In this document: positions 44,459-54,026 of the stretch, piece by piece | Layout: each line of letters begins with the position of its first letter | How positions within the stretch are numbered: position 1 is the stretch's first letter | Assembly (NCBI GenBank): GCA_007376205.1 | Contig: VMFU01000007.1 | Location: 14,118 to 78,117, forward strand | Origin: Candidatus Peregrinibacteria bacterium Gr01-1014_25 | Lineage (GTDB): Bacteria > Patescibacteriota > Gracilibacteria > Peribacterales > Peribacteraceae | Reading direction: 5' to 3' | DNA: 64,000 nt | The notes under the pieces: model-generated | What the model saw: only the letters and a program-made list of their open reading frames with translations | What the model was told of the DNA's origin: nothing | The model's database searches: none | Position numbers and translations under genes: made by a program

Positions 44459-46294
44459 ATGCCTTCGTGGAGAAAAAGCCATCTCCTTGCCCTGATCGCG
44501 TTCTGCGCAGCGAGCTTGCTTGCCGCAGGAGTGACGCTGCGCGCGCAGGTGACGGGCACGAAGGACTGCACGGGATTGCCGTATGGCACCGCCGGGTGTC
44601 CGTTGCTCGAAGACGAAGATGAGGAAGAGGAGATCGACCCGCCGCTGCACTGCGGCGACAATTTCCTGCAAGAGAAAGAGGGCGAGGAATGCGACAACGG
44701 CTACGTGCACAACGGGCGAAGCAACTGCACAGATGACTGTCGTCTACTCTACTGCGGTGACGGGGAAATCAGCCCGCAGATCGGCGAGCTGTGCGAACCC
44801 GAGGCAACATTCGTCTACGCCAAGGATTCGAAGGGGGAGTATCTCCTGCTGCCGGAATACGAGACGCCCGAGTGTGGACGCATCTGCACCGCGCCGACGT
44901 GCGTTGTGGTCAAGGATGCCGTCGAATGCACGGGGGGATGCAAACCGATGTTCCTGCCCGCGTGCCCCGTGGAGGGGGCGGGGGGCGGTTCGAGTCTCAA
45001 AGGAGCAGCTCCGTCATCGTCGTCAGGATCGCAGACGAGCTCGGGCGGCGGCGCTTCGGCGGCGCCATCCATCTGCGGCAACGGCAAAGTCGACCCGGGT
45101 GAGCAGTGCGACGATGGGAACACCAGTGACCGCGACGGCTGCACGAATGCATGCAAATTGCCATTCTGCGGTGACGGTATCGTGCACGCCGGCGAGGATT
45201 GCGACGATGGAAACCGTACCGACCGCGACGGTTGCACGAATGCGTGCACGCTTCCGGGGTGTGGTGATGGAATCGTCCATGGCGGTGAGCAGTGCGATGA
45301 CGGCAACAGCAACGAACAGGACGGTTGCACGAACGCGTGCAAGATCCCCATGTGTGGCGACGGCATCCTCCGCATTGGCGAGGAGTGCGATGACGGGAAC
45401 GGCAATGATCGCGATGCCTGTACGAATATCTGCAAGCTCCCCGTCTGCGGCGATGGCATCATGCACAACGGCGAGGAGTGCGATGACGGCAATCGCAACG
45501 ACCGCGACGGCTGCACGAACGCATGTCGGTCCCCCGCGTGCGGCGACGCCATTCTGCAGACGGGCGAGGAATGTGACGATGGGAACGATGCCGACGAGGA
45601 CGCGTGCACATCGCTCTGCAGGCAGCCACGATGCGGAGACGGTTTCGTCCAGCGCGGCGAGGAATGCGACGACGCGAACGCTGACACGCGAGACGGGTGC
45701 AACGTGTGCCGAAGGACGATCTGCGGCGATGGCATCACGCAGTACTGGGAATCGTGTGATGACGGCAACCGCTCGGACCAGGACAGCTGCACGAATCGTT
45801 GCACGCTCACGTCCTGCGGCGACGGCATCGTGCAGGCAGGTGAAGAATGCGATGACGGGAATCTGGATGATGCGGATGAATGTTCCACGCTCTGCAAGAT
45901 TCCTGGGTGCGGGAACGGCGTCGTTGAGCGAGGCGAAGATTGCGACAGCGGGCGGGAAAACAACGATGCCGCACCGAATGCGTGCCGGAGCGACTGCCGC
46001 GCGGCGCGTTGCGGCGACAACGTGGTCGATCGCGGAGAGGAATGCGACGGAGGTGATGCATGCGGCATCGACTGCAAGCGAATGTCAGCCGCCACGGTGG
46101 TAACGACGAATGGCGACGCAAGCGGCGCCGTGCCTGTTGCAGCCGCGGCAATGGGAACGACGGGCATCGGATCAGTGTTGGTGTGGCTGTTCTTCCGTCA
46201 TCGGATTCGCGCCTTCTTCGCACGCCGGCGGCATGTGGTCTCCATCGATGACATTCCGCTCGATGAAATCGAAATGCCGTGGCGCCACTGGTAA
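44459..46294 (+). CDS. Cysteine-rich repeat surface protein (Myxococcus-type CGDG..CDDGN repeats) with a signal peptide and a C-terminal TM anchor
   Basis: The signal is LLALIAFCAASLLAAGVTLRAQ. About 12 copies of CGDG(I/F)(V/L)xxGExCDDGNxxDxDGCTNxCxxP are present. The C-terminal helix is TGIGSVLVWLFF. Confidence 0.75.
   Translation: MPSWRKSHLLALIAFCAASLLAAGVTLRAQVTGTKDCTGLPYGTAGCPLLEDEDEEEEIDPPLHCGDNFLQEKEGEECDNGYVHNGRSNCTDDCRLLYCGDGEISPQIGELCEPEATFVYAKDSKGEYLLLPEYETPECGRICTAPTCVVVKDAVECTGGCKPMFLPACPVEGAGGGSSLKGAAPSSSSGSQTSSGGGASAAPSICGNGKVDPGEQCDDGNTSDRDGCTNACKLPFCGDGIVHAGEDCDDGNRTDRDGCTNACTLPGCGDGIVHGGEQCDDGNSNEQDGCTNACKIPMCGDGILRIGEECDDGNGNDRDACTNICKLPVCGDGIMHNGEECDDGNRNDRDGCTNACRSPACGDAILQTGEECDDGNDADEDACTSLCRQPRCGDGFVQRGEECDDANADTRDGCNVCRRTICGDGITQYWESCDDGNRSDQDSCTNRCTLTSCGDGIVQAGEECDDGNLDDADECSTLCKIPGCGNGVVERGEDCDSGRENNDAAPNACRSDCRAARCGDNVVDRGEECDGGDACGIDCKRMSAATVVTTNGDASGAVPVAAAAMGTTGIGSVLVWLFFRHRIRAFFARRRHVVSIDDIPLDEIEMPWRHW
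44651..46078 (+). repeat. In-frame tandem array of ~93-bp (31-aa) cysteine-rich repeats inside the CDS
   Basis: TGCGGCGA(C/T)GG...TGCGA(C/T)GA(C/T)GG(G/C)AA recurs roughly every 93 nt from 45074 to 46078. Two more divergent copies lie at 44651-44790. Confidence 0.8.
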
Positions 46295-46309
46295 CTTTCC
46301 CTCCTACGA

Positions 46310-46663
46310 ATGACAAACCCCGATAGCCAACCGTCGAATGATCCCGAGACACCGCAACCGATTGTTCTGCGCCTCCAGAAGCTCAGTCATGCTCCTAACT
46401 CATGGTTCCCTGTTGAGCGGGTGTCCATAGCGATACACTCGACGAGTCGGAAGCGCACCCTGCCGGCATACATCTCGAACATCAACCGAGAGCACGACAA
46501 TCTCAAGGCCCTCATCGTGTTCGAGAATGATCGAGGAGCGAAGCTCATACCTCTGGAAGAAGTTCTCCGTCAGAATCCGCACCTTAGGCTGGAGTGGCCC
46601 GAGAACGAAAACGTTCTAGAGCGCCTGCGGGACAGTTGTCGCAGCTTGTTCAAGAGAAAGTGA
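46310..46663 (+). CDS. Hypothetical 117-aa protein
   Basis: ORF with ordinary composition and visibly lower G+C than its neighbours. It ends exactly where the convergent tsf ends. Confidence 0.45.
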   Translation: MTNPDSQPSNDPETPQPIVLRLQKLSHAPNSWFPVERVSIAIHSTSRKRTLPAYISNINREHDNLKALIVFENDRGAKLIPLEEVLRQNPHLRLEWPENENVLERLRDSCRSLFKRK

Positions 46664-47437
46664 TTAGAGCACGGACAGGCGAACGTAAGCCGTGACCTGT
46701 GCAGAGCCGAGATACTGCTCGATCGTCTTCGACGGGTCTTTAACGAACGGCTGCTTCACGAGAGCGTTCTCCTCGCGAAACTTCTTCTCCTTGCCGATCA
46801 TGATCTTGTCGAACATGGCCTCGGGCTTACCTTCCTTCTTGAGCTGCTCGCGCCAAATCTCCTTCTCTTTCGCGATGATATCCTCGGACACTTCGTCGGG
46901 GGACCGGTACTGCGGGCTCATCGCGGCCGCATGCATGCCGACATCGCGCGCAGCCTCCCGCGAGCCGCCGGAGAGGCCCACAAGCACGGCCACTTTGCCG
47001 TTGGTGTGCACGTAGGTTCCCACGACGGGGGCGGCAGCAACGGCGACTTCATCGAGGGAAACGTTCTCGCCGAGCGCTTGAACAGCTTCCGGAATTTTGG
47101 CGTCAGCTAGGGCTCGGGCAGCGGTCTCACCTTGGAGAGCTTCCTGCGCGAGAGCGTTGCCGAGAGCGGTGAACGCGTCGGCGCGGGCGACGAAATCCGT
47201 CTCGCACCGCAGCAGCACGAGCGCGGCCTTGCCGCCGGCTTCGGCGGAGAAAATACGTCCTTCGGTCTGCGCGCGCTCGGCCTTCTTGGCCGCCTGCGCG
47301 ATGCCACGCTTGCGGAGAAGCTCGATGGCCTTCTCTTCGTCACCGTTGGCTTCCTCAAGGGCTTCCTTGCATGCGAGGATGGAGACGCCCGTGCGGGCGC
47401 GGAGGTGGGAGACGGCGGAGGCGGAGACGGGGGACAT
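46664..47437 (-). CDS. tsf: Translation elongation factor Ts
   Basis: Conserved blocks are VSHLRARTGVSILACKEALEEANGDEEKAIELLRKRG (UBA-like N-domain) and CETDFVA. Confidence 0.93.
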   Translation of the reverse strand: MSPVSASAVSHLRARTGVSILACKEALEEANGDEEKAIELLRKRGIAQAAKKAERAQTEGRIFSAEAGGKAALVLLRCETDFVARADAFTALGNALAQEALQGETAARALADAKIPEAVQALGENVSLDEVAVAAAPVVGTYVHTNGKVAVLVGLSGGSREAARDVGMHAAAMSPQYRSPDEVSEDIIAKEKEIWREQLKKEGKPEAMFDKIMIGKEKKFREENALVKQPFVKDPSKTIEQYLGSAQVTAYVRLSVL

Positions 47438-47467
47438 GGTGATGAGGGGAGGGTGAATGACGGAGCA

Positions 47468-48169
47468 TTAAGCAGCATCGTCCTGCTTTGCGGGACGCGC
47501 GTCTGCGAGCATGTTCTCGACGGTCGTCAGGACGATTTCGACGGATTTCGTGGCGTCATCATTGCACGGAACGAACGCGGCGAAGTCGTCCGGATCGGCG
47601 TTCGAATCGCAGATACCGTAGACGGGAATGCTGATTTTGCGCGCCTCTTTCACCGCGACGTTGTCGCGCACGGCATCGACGATGAACATCGCGTCCGGCG
47701 GACCGGCCATGTCGCCGACGCCCGCGAGCGCCATGTCGAGCTTCGCCAGTTTCTTACGCATCTGCGTCTGCTCCTTCTTCGTGTACTTCTCCACCTCGCC
47801 CGTCGCGAAGCCGTGACGCAGGTCCTTGTAGTACTGCAGGCGCTTCTTGAGCGTGGCCCAGTTCGTCAGGAGTCCGGGGATCCACTTCTTCGTCACGACA
47901 GGCTGCGACAGGCGCTGGCCGATTTTCTCGACGAGCGGAATGCTCTGTTGCTTCGTCGAAACGAACAGGATTGTCTTGCCGGCGGCCTGAAGCCCCTTGA
48001 GCTCCTCGCACATCGTCTGCAGGTGGGCCGCAGTTTTCGTCAGGTCGATGATGTGGATGCCCTTGCGGGTGCCGTAGAGATACGGTGCCATTTTCGGGTT
48101 CCACTTTTCGCGGGGGTGGCCAACGTGGCACGCGGCGGCGAGCAGTTCCTGTTCGGCGGGATATGGCAT
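47468..48169 (-). CDS. rpsB: 30S ribosomal protein S2
   Basis: Conserved blocks are LLAAACHVGHPREKWNPKMAPYLYGTRKGIHIIDL, ILFVSTK and PVYGICDSNADP. The ATG is at 48169. Confidence 0.93.
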   Translation of the reverse strand: MPYPAEQELLAAACHVGHPREKWNPKMAPYLYGTRKGIHIIDLTKTAAHLQTMCEELKGLQAAGKTILFVSTKQQSIPLVEKIGQRLSQPVVTKKWIPGLLTNWATLKKRLQYYKDLRHGFATGEVEKYTKKEQTQMRKKLAKLDMALAGVGDMAGPPDAMFIVDAVRDNVAVKEARKISIPVYGICDSNADPDDFAAFVPCNDDATKSVEIVLTTVENMLADARPAKQDDAA

Positions 48170-48405
48170 GGAAGGAGGAAGTGAGAAAATAGGAAGGCGG
48201 TGGTCAATCCTTCGAGGCTGTGCCGTGAACCCTTCGCGGGTCACGGTCCGACGTCATTTCGCTGGTGCGGAGGAATCCCGGTCACCATTCGACACGGCCG
48301 TGGGGCCTTGCTCATGGTGGTCCTTCGGGACCAGGACCGCTGCGATCCGTCGGAAAGCCGGATAGGTATATCGCCTTGGCGGGCGGAAGGCAAGGAGAAT
48401 TCGCC

Positions 48406-49812
48406 TTATCGAGCGGCGGAGAGGGCATCGACGATGCCCCCAAGCGACACGCGCACCTGCTCCAGGGAATCGCGGTCGCGGATGGTCACGGTGTCTTTAT
48501 CCCCCTGCTTCTCGTCTTCGCCGAGCGTCCCGAAATCGACGGTGACACACTTGGGCGTGCCGATTTCGTCCTGGCGCCGGTAACGCTTTCCGATCGAGCC
48601 GGTGACGTCGAAGTCCACGGTGAGCGGTGTTTCATGAACAATTTTTTTGTACAGTTCTTCGGCCTTCGCGACGAGGTGCTCTTTCTTCGACAGCGGAAGC
48701 ACCGCGACGTCGACGGGAGCGAGGCGCGGGTGGAAGCGCATGACCGTCCGGGATTCGCCGTCGGGTAGCGTTTCCTCGGTGTACGCTTCGAGCAGGAACG
48801 TCAGCACCGTCCGATCGCAGCCGAAGGAGGGCTCGATGACGTGCGGCATGAACTTCTTCTTCGGGTCGTCGGGGTCGGTGTACGTGAGTTCCTCTCCCGA
48901 GTGTTTGCTGTGTTGCGCCAGGTCGAAATCCCCGCGGTCCGCCAGTCCGAAGAGTTCCCCCCATCCCCATGGGAACGCGTATTCGATGTCGATCGTCCTG
49001 CTGCTGTAGTGGCTCAATTCGTCCTTCGCGTGCTCGCGGACGCGCAGGCGGTCGGGAGCAATTCCCAGTTGCGTGTACCACTCCCACACGCCTGCCTTCC
49101 ATTCATCGAAGTGCATCTTCTTGTCTCCCGAGGGATCGACGAAGTACTCGATCTCCATCTGCTCGAATTCCCGCGTCCGGAACGTGAAGTTGCCGGGCGT
49201 GATTTCGTTGCGGAACGCCTTGCCGATCTGCGCGATGCCGAAGGGCAGCCGCGGACGCATCGTCTCGAGGATGTGTTTGAAGTTCACGAAAATGCCCTGC
49301 GCGGTTTCGGGCCGGAGATAGGCGAGCGAACCCTCGTCCTCAATGACGCCCTGGTGCGTCTTGAACATGAGGTTGAAACGCTTGGCTTCGGTCCAGGCGC
49401 ACGAGCCGCATGCGGGGCAGGGGATGTTCTCCGCAAGGAGCATCGGCTGGACCTGATCGATCTTCAGAACGGCCACCGCCTCGACGCCGAGCTTCTCTTC
49501 GAGGAGCTTGTCGCCGCGGAAACGCTGCTTGCACTTCTTGCAGTCGACGAGAGGATCCGCGAATGAACTTACGTGTCCGCTTGCTTCCCACACCTTGGGG
49601 TTCATGAGGATCGCCGTGTCCAACCCCGCCATGTCCTGGCGGCAGCGGACGAATGCATCCCACCAGGCGCGCTTCACACGATTCTTCAGCTCCGCACCGA
49701 GCGGGCCGTAATCCCACGTGTTCGCGAGGCCGCCGTAGATCGCGGATCCCGGGAAGATGAAGCCGCGGCGCTTGCAGAGGGAGACGACCTGATCCAGTGA
49801 ACTCGCGGGCAT
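48406..49812 (-). CDS. glyQS: Glycine--tRNA ligase (homodimeric GlyQS type)
   Basis: Conserved blocks are VVSLCKRRGFIFPGSAIYGGLANTWDYGPLGAELKNRVKRAWW and YLRPETAQGIF, followed by a C-terminal anticodon-binding domain. The ATG is at 49812. Confidence 0.93.
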   Translation of the reverse strand: MPASSLDQVVSLCKRRGFIFPGSAIYGGLANTWDYGPLGAELKNRVKRAWWDAFVRCRQDMAGLDTAILMNPKVWEASGHVSSFADPLVDCKKCKQRFRGDKLLEEKLGVEAVAVLKIDQVQPMLLAENIPCPACGSCAWTEAKRFNLMFKTHQGVIEDEGSLAYLRPETAQGIFVNFKHILETMRPRLPFGIAQIGKAFRNEITPGNFTFRTREFEQMEIEYFVDPSGDKKMHFDEWKAGVWEWYTQLGIAPDRLRVREHAKDELSHYSSRTIDIEYAFPWGWGELFGLADRGDFDLAQHSKHSGEELTYTDPDDPKKKFMPHVIEPSFGCDRTVLTFLLEAYTEETLPDGESRTVMRFHPRLAPVDVAVLPLSKKEHLVAKAEELYKKIVHETPLTVDFDVTGSIGKRYRRQDEIGTPKCVTVDFGTLGEDEKQGDKDTVTIRDRDSLEQVRVSLGGIVDALSAAR

Positions 49813-49861
49813 GCCGGCAGTATAAAGGAAGAGGGCGGGTGGACTAGGGAATCCCGCTCCG

Positions 49862-51652
49862 TCAGGCGGCCTGCAGCGCGAGAATGAAACCGATGCACAG
49901 GGACACGAGTGACCAGCCGGCGCTGCGGACCGTCCATCCCCACCACCGCGGCGCCGAGACGGCTTCGCGGGCGGCAAAGAGGGCGACCGGCAGCGCGAGG
50001 AGCAGGGAGTAGCGGAAATCCTGGCTGGACGTGAAGGGGTACGCGATGCGGAAGGCGATGTGTCCGCCGAGGATGCTGGCGAAGAGGAAGACGAGCGGCG
50101 CGGTCAGGGGCCAGCGATCCGCGTACGCCCGCAGGACGCCGAAGCCGGCGACGGCCAGCATGAGGAGGCCGAGGGCGGTGATGGCGATGCTGAGCGGCTT
50201 GAGCCAGTCGGGGAACTGGAATTCCCCCGAGAATGCGGAGCGGAAGAGGTACTCCAGGAAGAACTCGCGCCGCGCCCCGCGCCACGGGTTGTTGTAGACG
50301 TTCTGCAGGATGCCCTGCGGACTGAAGGTGAGGAAAGCTTCGAGCGTGTTCGGCACCACCATATCCCCCGTGATGGCGCCGATGTTGCCGACGACTTGGG
50401 GGCCGTTTCGGTGCTCGGCGGCGCGCGGAACGATCATGGCGGCGCTGATGCCGACGACGAGGATCGTCGACGCGATGGCGCGGGTCCACCGCGTGGGCAT
50501 CCGCGATCGGCGGTCGAGCAGGAGGCAGGCGATCCCCGCGGGGAACAGCACCAGTCCGTTCGTTTTCGTCAGTGCGCCGAGGATGATCGCCGCGCAGAAC
50601 CCGTACCATCCGCGGATCCATCCTCTCTCCCACCAGCGCAGGAGCAGCGCGACCGCGGCCAACTCAAGGAACAGAAGCAGGACGTCGTTATTGACGCGTG
50701 CCGACACGAAGATGATGGACGGAAGAAAGGCCCCCAGCGCCGTTGCGAGCGCGGCAGCCCTCGGGTGCGTCGGGAATGCGTCGCAGGCGATGCGTCCCCA
50801 CAGGACGAGACATCCGGCGACGAGCACGAAGGAGAGGATTTGCAGGAGGAATGCCGGCTCCGCCAGCGGACCGAGCAGCCATTGGCTCCCGACGAGCCAG
50901 ACCGCGCCGAGTGCGTAGTACAGCGGCGGATGGAAATATTCCCAACCTTCGTCGACCGGGGGCAGGCGCCAGTGCTCCGCGATGTACTGGACGTACTCCA
51001 GATGGGCGGTCGCGTCGTGGCCGCGGGTGACGTACGTGGTTCCCAGAACGTAGACCAGGTGCACGAGCAGCGCGGCGATGATGACGAAAGCGGCTCCCCG
51101 CTGCGGCGCTGTCGATGCGATGCGGCGGGCGATGCGCCACCCGTACCACGCGACGAGAATGAGGAGAAACACGCGTGCCAGCAGCGGGGCAACGGCGAGC
51201 GAGTGGGGGACGATGCGCAGACCGCCGACATTGCCTGCATCCGAGATATCGGCGCGCAGGACATTGCGGCCGATGTGGAGCGCGGAGGAGAGATCGAGTG
51301 CGACACCGCCGCCGTAATCGCAGCGGTGTTCCGGAGGAACGGTGACCGGGTGGTCGTTGATCCACAGGCCTTCGAGGCAGTCATCGGGAATGACGCGTAA
51401 TTGCCGCGTCGACCACCGTCCGACGTCGAGGGGAACTTCCACCCTCATCCGCGACTTCTCCGTCTTGATCGCAACGGGCAAGATCGTCTCCAATGGCGGC
51501 AATCCCTCGCGGTGGACGGTTGCCATGCCGGCGCGGGGCGACGCACCGCGGTGGAACGCGATGATCGCAGCAAGGCCCAGCGCGAAGAGGGCCGTCGAGG
51601 ACAGGAGGGAATACGCTGCGGATGAACGCGCTCGAGCGGCCGCGGAAATCAT
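49862..51652 (-). CDS. GT-C fold (family 39 / ArnT-like) membrane glycosyltransferase with an extra N-terminal extracytoplasmic domain
   Basis: It has more than 10 hydrophobic helices. The loop is GHDATAHLEYVQYIAEHWRLPPVDEGWEYFHPPLYYALGA, typical of ArnT/PMT-like enzymes. The ATG is at 51652. Confidence 0.6.
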   Translation of the reverse strand: MISAAARARSSAAYSLLSSTALFALGLAAIIAFHRGASPRAGMATVHREGLPPLETILPVAIKTEKSRMRVEVPLDVGRWSTRQLRVIPDDCLEGLWINDHPVTVPPEHRCDYGGGVALDLSSALHIGRNVLRADISDAGNVGGLRIVPHSLAVAPLLARVFLLILVAWYGWRIARRIASTAPQRGAAFVIIAALLVHLVYVLGTTYVTRGHDATAHLEYVQYIAEHWRLPPVDEGWEYFHPPLYYALGAVWLVGSQWLLGPLAEPAFLLQILSFVLVAGCLVLWGRIACDAFPTHPRAAALATALGAFLPSIIFVSARVNNDVLLLFLELAAVALLLRWWERGWIRGWYGFCAAIILGALTKTNGLVLFPAGIACLLLDRRSRMPTRWTRAIASTILVVGISAAMIVPRAAEHRNGPQVVGNIGAITGDMVVPNTLEAFLTFSPQGILQNVYNNPWRGARREFFLEYLFRSAFSGEFQFPDWLKPLSIAITALGLLMLAVAGFGVLRAYADRWPLTAPLVFLFASILGGHIAFRIAYPFTSSQDFRYSLLLALPVALFAAREAVSAPRWWGWTVRSAGWSLVSLCIGFILALQAA

Positions 51653-51718
51653 GGCGCATAGCGTAGCAGCAGGGGTGCTCTCTTTTTTCTTGCCAAAGTG
51701 TATGGGAGGATGCCCGCC

Positions 51719-52399
51719 ATGAATGTCTCCATCGTGCTGCCGTGCTACAACGAAGAGGCGACGATCGCCTGCACCGTCGCGGACGTCGCCGCGTGGATGG
51801 AGCGCGAGCACATCGGCGGCGAGATCATCGTCGTCGATGACGGATCGCGGGACAGCACCCCGTCAGTCCTGGCCGGGCTGTCGGGAGGGCATCCCGCTCT
51901 GCGCGTCGTGCGGCACGAACGCAATCAGGGGTATGGCATCGCCGTGCGATCCGGATGCGACGCGGCCAGGGAGGAGGTGATCGCGTTCATGGACAGCGAC
52001 GGGCAGTTCCACGCCGAGGACATCGGTCGACTGCTGCCGCACCTCCAGCGCTACGCGTTCGTCACGGGTCGCCGCCGCCGCCGCGCGGACCCTCCGCTCC
52101 GCGGCCTCCTCGGCAAGCTCCTGGGCATCCTCACGTGGATCACCTTCGGTCTCTGGGTGCGCGATGTGAATTGCGGCCTGAAGGCGTTCCGTCGTTCGCT
52201 CTGGCCGGACATCCGTCCCGAGCACGGCGTGGAAAAGCTCTTCAACACGGAGATGTTCCTCCGTCTCAAGCGCCGGAATATCCCCTGGATGCAGGTGGAC
52301 GTTCCGCACTATCCGCGGCTTGCGGGAACCCCCACCGGCGCGAAGTTCTCGGTGATCGTGCGGATGTTCCGCGAGCTGTGGGCGCTGCGGCGCGCCTAG
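51719..52399 (+). CDS. GT2 polyprenyl-phosphate glycosyltransferase (Dpm1/GtrB/ArnC-like)
   Basis: Conserved blocks are VSIVLPCYNEE, IIVVDDGSRDST, NQGYGIAVRSG and FMDSDGQF. Confidence 0.85.
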   Translation: MNVSIVLPCYNEEATIACTVADVAAWMEREHIGGEIIVVDDGSRDSTPSVLAGLSGGHPALRVVRHERNQGYGIAVRSGCDAAREEVIAFMDSDGQFHAEDIGRLLPHLQRYAFVTGRRRRRADPPLRGLLGKLLGILTWITFGLWVRDVNCGLKAFRRSLWPDIRPEHGVEKLFNTEMFLRLKRRNIPWMQVDVPHYPRLAGTPTGAKFSVIVRMFRELWALRRA

Positions 52400-53919
52400 C
52401 GTTCTTCCTGCGGCGGGGGCGGATGGGGCGTGGCGATTTTGCTCTGGCGCGAACACCGCGCGCAGCGCATCTCCCACAGGTCGTTCCAGTTGCGCAGCTC
52501 GAACGCCTCGTCGCTGATCGGCTCGTAGTAGGTCAGCGGTCGGAAGACCTGAAACGCTCCAAACGTGAGGATGGCAAGAAGAAGGATGAAGGCGGAACGG
52601 TGCTCATCGCGCAGTTGCAGCGGCCCCCACGTGCGGATCGCGCGGACGCAGAGGGGCAGCATCATCAGCGTGAAGAGCAGCGGCAGGAAGTAGTGGTACA
52701 GATAGAGCACGCGGTCGATCTGACTCATGACGCCCATGAAACCGACGTACATCACCAGGAGCGTCACCAGGACGGGGCGTTGCGGGAGAAGCTGGGACGA
52801 GCCCAGGAAGAAATCGGCGAGCAGCAGACTGACGGTGAGCAGCAGCGCTACGAGGCCGATGCCCCATACGGCAGGATTGGGAACGAGGTAGAGGTACTGG
52901 TAGAGCGTGCTGTCGGGGGTTTCCCAGCGATAGCTGATCGTGCGCGAGCCGATGGGCCAGAAGAACGGATGGCTTCCGTTCTCATCATCCTTGCACAGGT
53001 CCAGCGCCGGCACGCCGCTCTCGTAGTGGCTGACGTAGCGTAGATGATCCCGCAGCAGTCTGGGGAAGAGCAGCAGCGACGACGTCCGGCCTTCGGCGAG
53101 GACGCTCTTGTAGTGCTCGGATGCCTGGTAGTAGCCGTTATCCGACAGACTGCTGACGACCCGGGCGCCTTGCGCGATGTGGAAGTACCACACGGCGGAG
53201 AACGTCAGGAAGAACGCCGCCGCGGAAAGGCACGCCGCCTTGATCAGGAATCGCCGCTGCTTCCACAGCGACCACGCTATCAGGAGGGCGAGGGGGCCAA
53301 AGATCAGCGAGAAGACTTTCGTGGTGACGGCACACCCCAGCGCGACACCGAAGAGGATGCATGCGGCCAGGCAACGCCGGGGGTTGTTCTTCCACTCAAC
53401 CGCGAGCAGCGCGCTGAGCACGGTGAGCATGCTGAAGAAAATCAGTGGCCCCTCCAGCATGGCTCCCCGCAGCTGCACGATGAAAGCGTTCTCGAAGACG
53501 TAGAGGAAGCTGTAGAGCAGCGCGTGGATTGGGTTGCGACTGAGGAGGAGAAAGATCAGGAAGAGCAGGGGGGCCGCGAGCCACGCGAGCATGGCGGGGA
53601 AGAACCGATAGCCGACGAGGGAGAAACCCCCGGGCGGATTGCTCGCGTAGTCCGTACCGATGAACTGATCGTTCCGCTCGTTCTGCCGCAGAAGAGCCTC
53701 GCCCGCGGCGATGAGAAGTTTGCCGAGCGGCGGGTGCGGTTCCATGAAGTACACGCCGTTCAGGTACTTCTGCGCGGCCGCCACGTGGTAATTTTCGTCC
53801 CAGTAGAAGGAACGGGGGAACGTGTAGCGGTAGAAGTACGTGAAAAAGGAGAGCAGGGTGACGAGGCCGAGGCAGAGCCAGAACAGACGGCGCGGCGACG
53901 CCGGTGCGAGGGCGACCAT
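52396..53919 (-). CDS. Phospholipid-carrier-dependent glycosyltransferase (PMT / family 39)
   Basis: YWDENYHVAAAQKYLNGVYFMEPHPPLGKLLIAAGEAL is the conserved loop-1 DE motif region. The protein is multi-pass. It overlaps the GT2 gene 3' end by 4 nt. Confidence 0.75.
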   Translation of the reverse strand: MVALAPASPRRLFWLCLGLVTLLSFFTYFYRYTFPRSFYWDENYHVAAAQKYLNGVYFMEPHPPLGKLLIAAGEALLRQNERNDQFIGTDYASNPPGGFSLVGYRFFPAMLAWLAAPLLFLIFLLLSRNPIHALLYSFLYVFENAFIVQLRGAMLEGPLIFFSMLTVLSALLAVEWKNNPRRCLAACILFGVALGCAVTTKVFSLIFGPLALLIAWSLWKQRRFLIKAACLSAAAFFLTFSAVWYFHIAQGARVVSSLSDNGYYQASEHYKSVLAEGRTSSLLLFPRLLRDHLRYVSHYESGVPALDLCKDDENGSHPFFWPIGSRTISYRWETPDSTLYQYLYLVPNPAVWGIGLVALLLTVSLLLADFFLGSSQLLPQRPVLVTLLVMYVGFMGVMSQIDRVLYLYHYFLPLLFTLMMLPLCVRAIRTWGPLQLRDEHRSAFILLLAILTFGAFQVFRPLTYYEPISDEAFELRNWNDLWEMRCARCSRQSKIATPHPPPPQEER

Positions 53920-53980
53920 GGCGGGAAGTCTAAGAGAGGCCGCCTGGGCCGTCGAGGGCGCTGTGAAGGCGAATTGTCAT

Positions 53981-54001
53981 CTATGGCTATGCAGAGCCAA
54001 A
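53981..54001. promoter_or_regulatory. Motif CTATGGCT-atgcag-AGCCAAA upstream of the PrsW gene
   Basis: The flanks are shared with the element at 55361-55379. TGGCT/AGCCA form a dyad. Confidence 0.3.
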
Positions 54002-54026
54002 AAAATATGCTATACTACGGAGATTC

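Noticed and set aside
44651-46078. Regularly spaced ~93-bp repeats that might look like a CRISPR array or satellite.
   Set aside because: The repeats are in frame within one long CDS, with conserved Cys, Asp and Gly codons and no unique spacers. They are protein-coding domain repeats.
48170-48405. An SRP-RNA-like GGAAGG motif and GGUCC-UUCG-GGACC hairpin in the 236-nt spacer between glyQS and rpsB.
   Set aside because: The motif does not sit in a symmetric-loop context like SRP domain IV, on either strand. The spacer is more simply a glyQS terminator region plus the rpsB leader, and I could not support an RNA gene.
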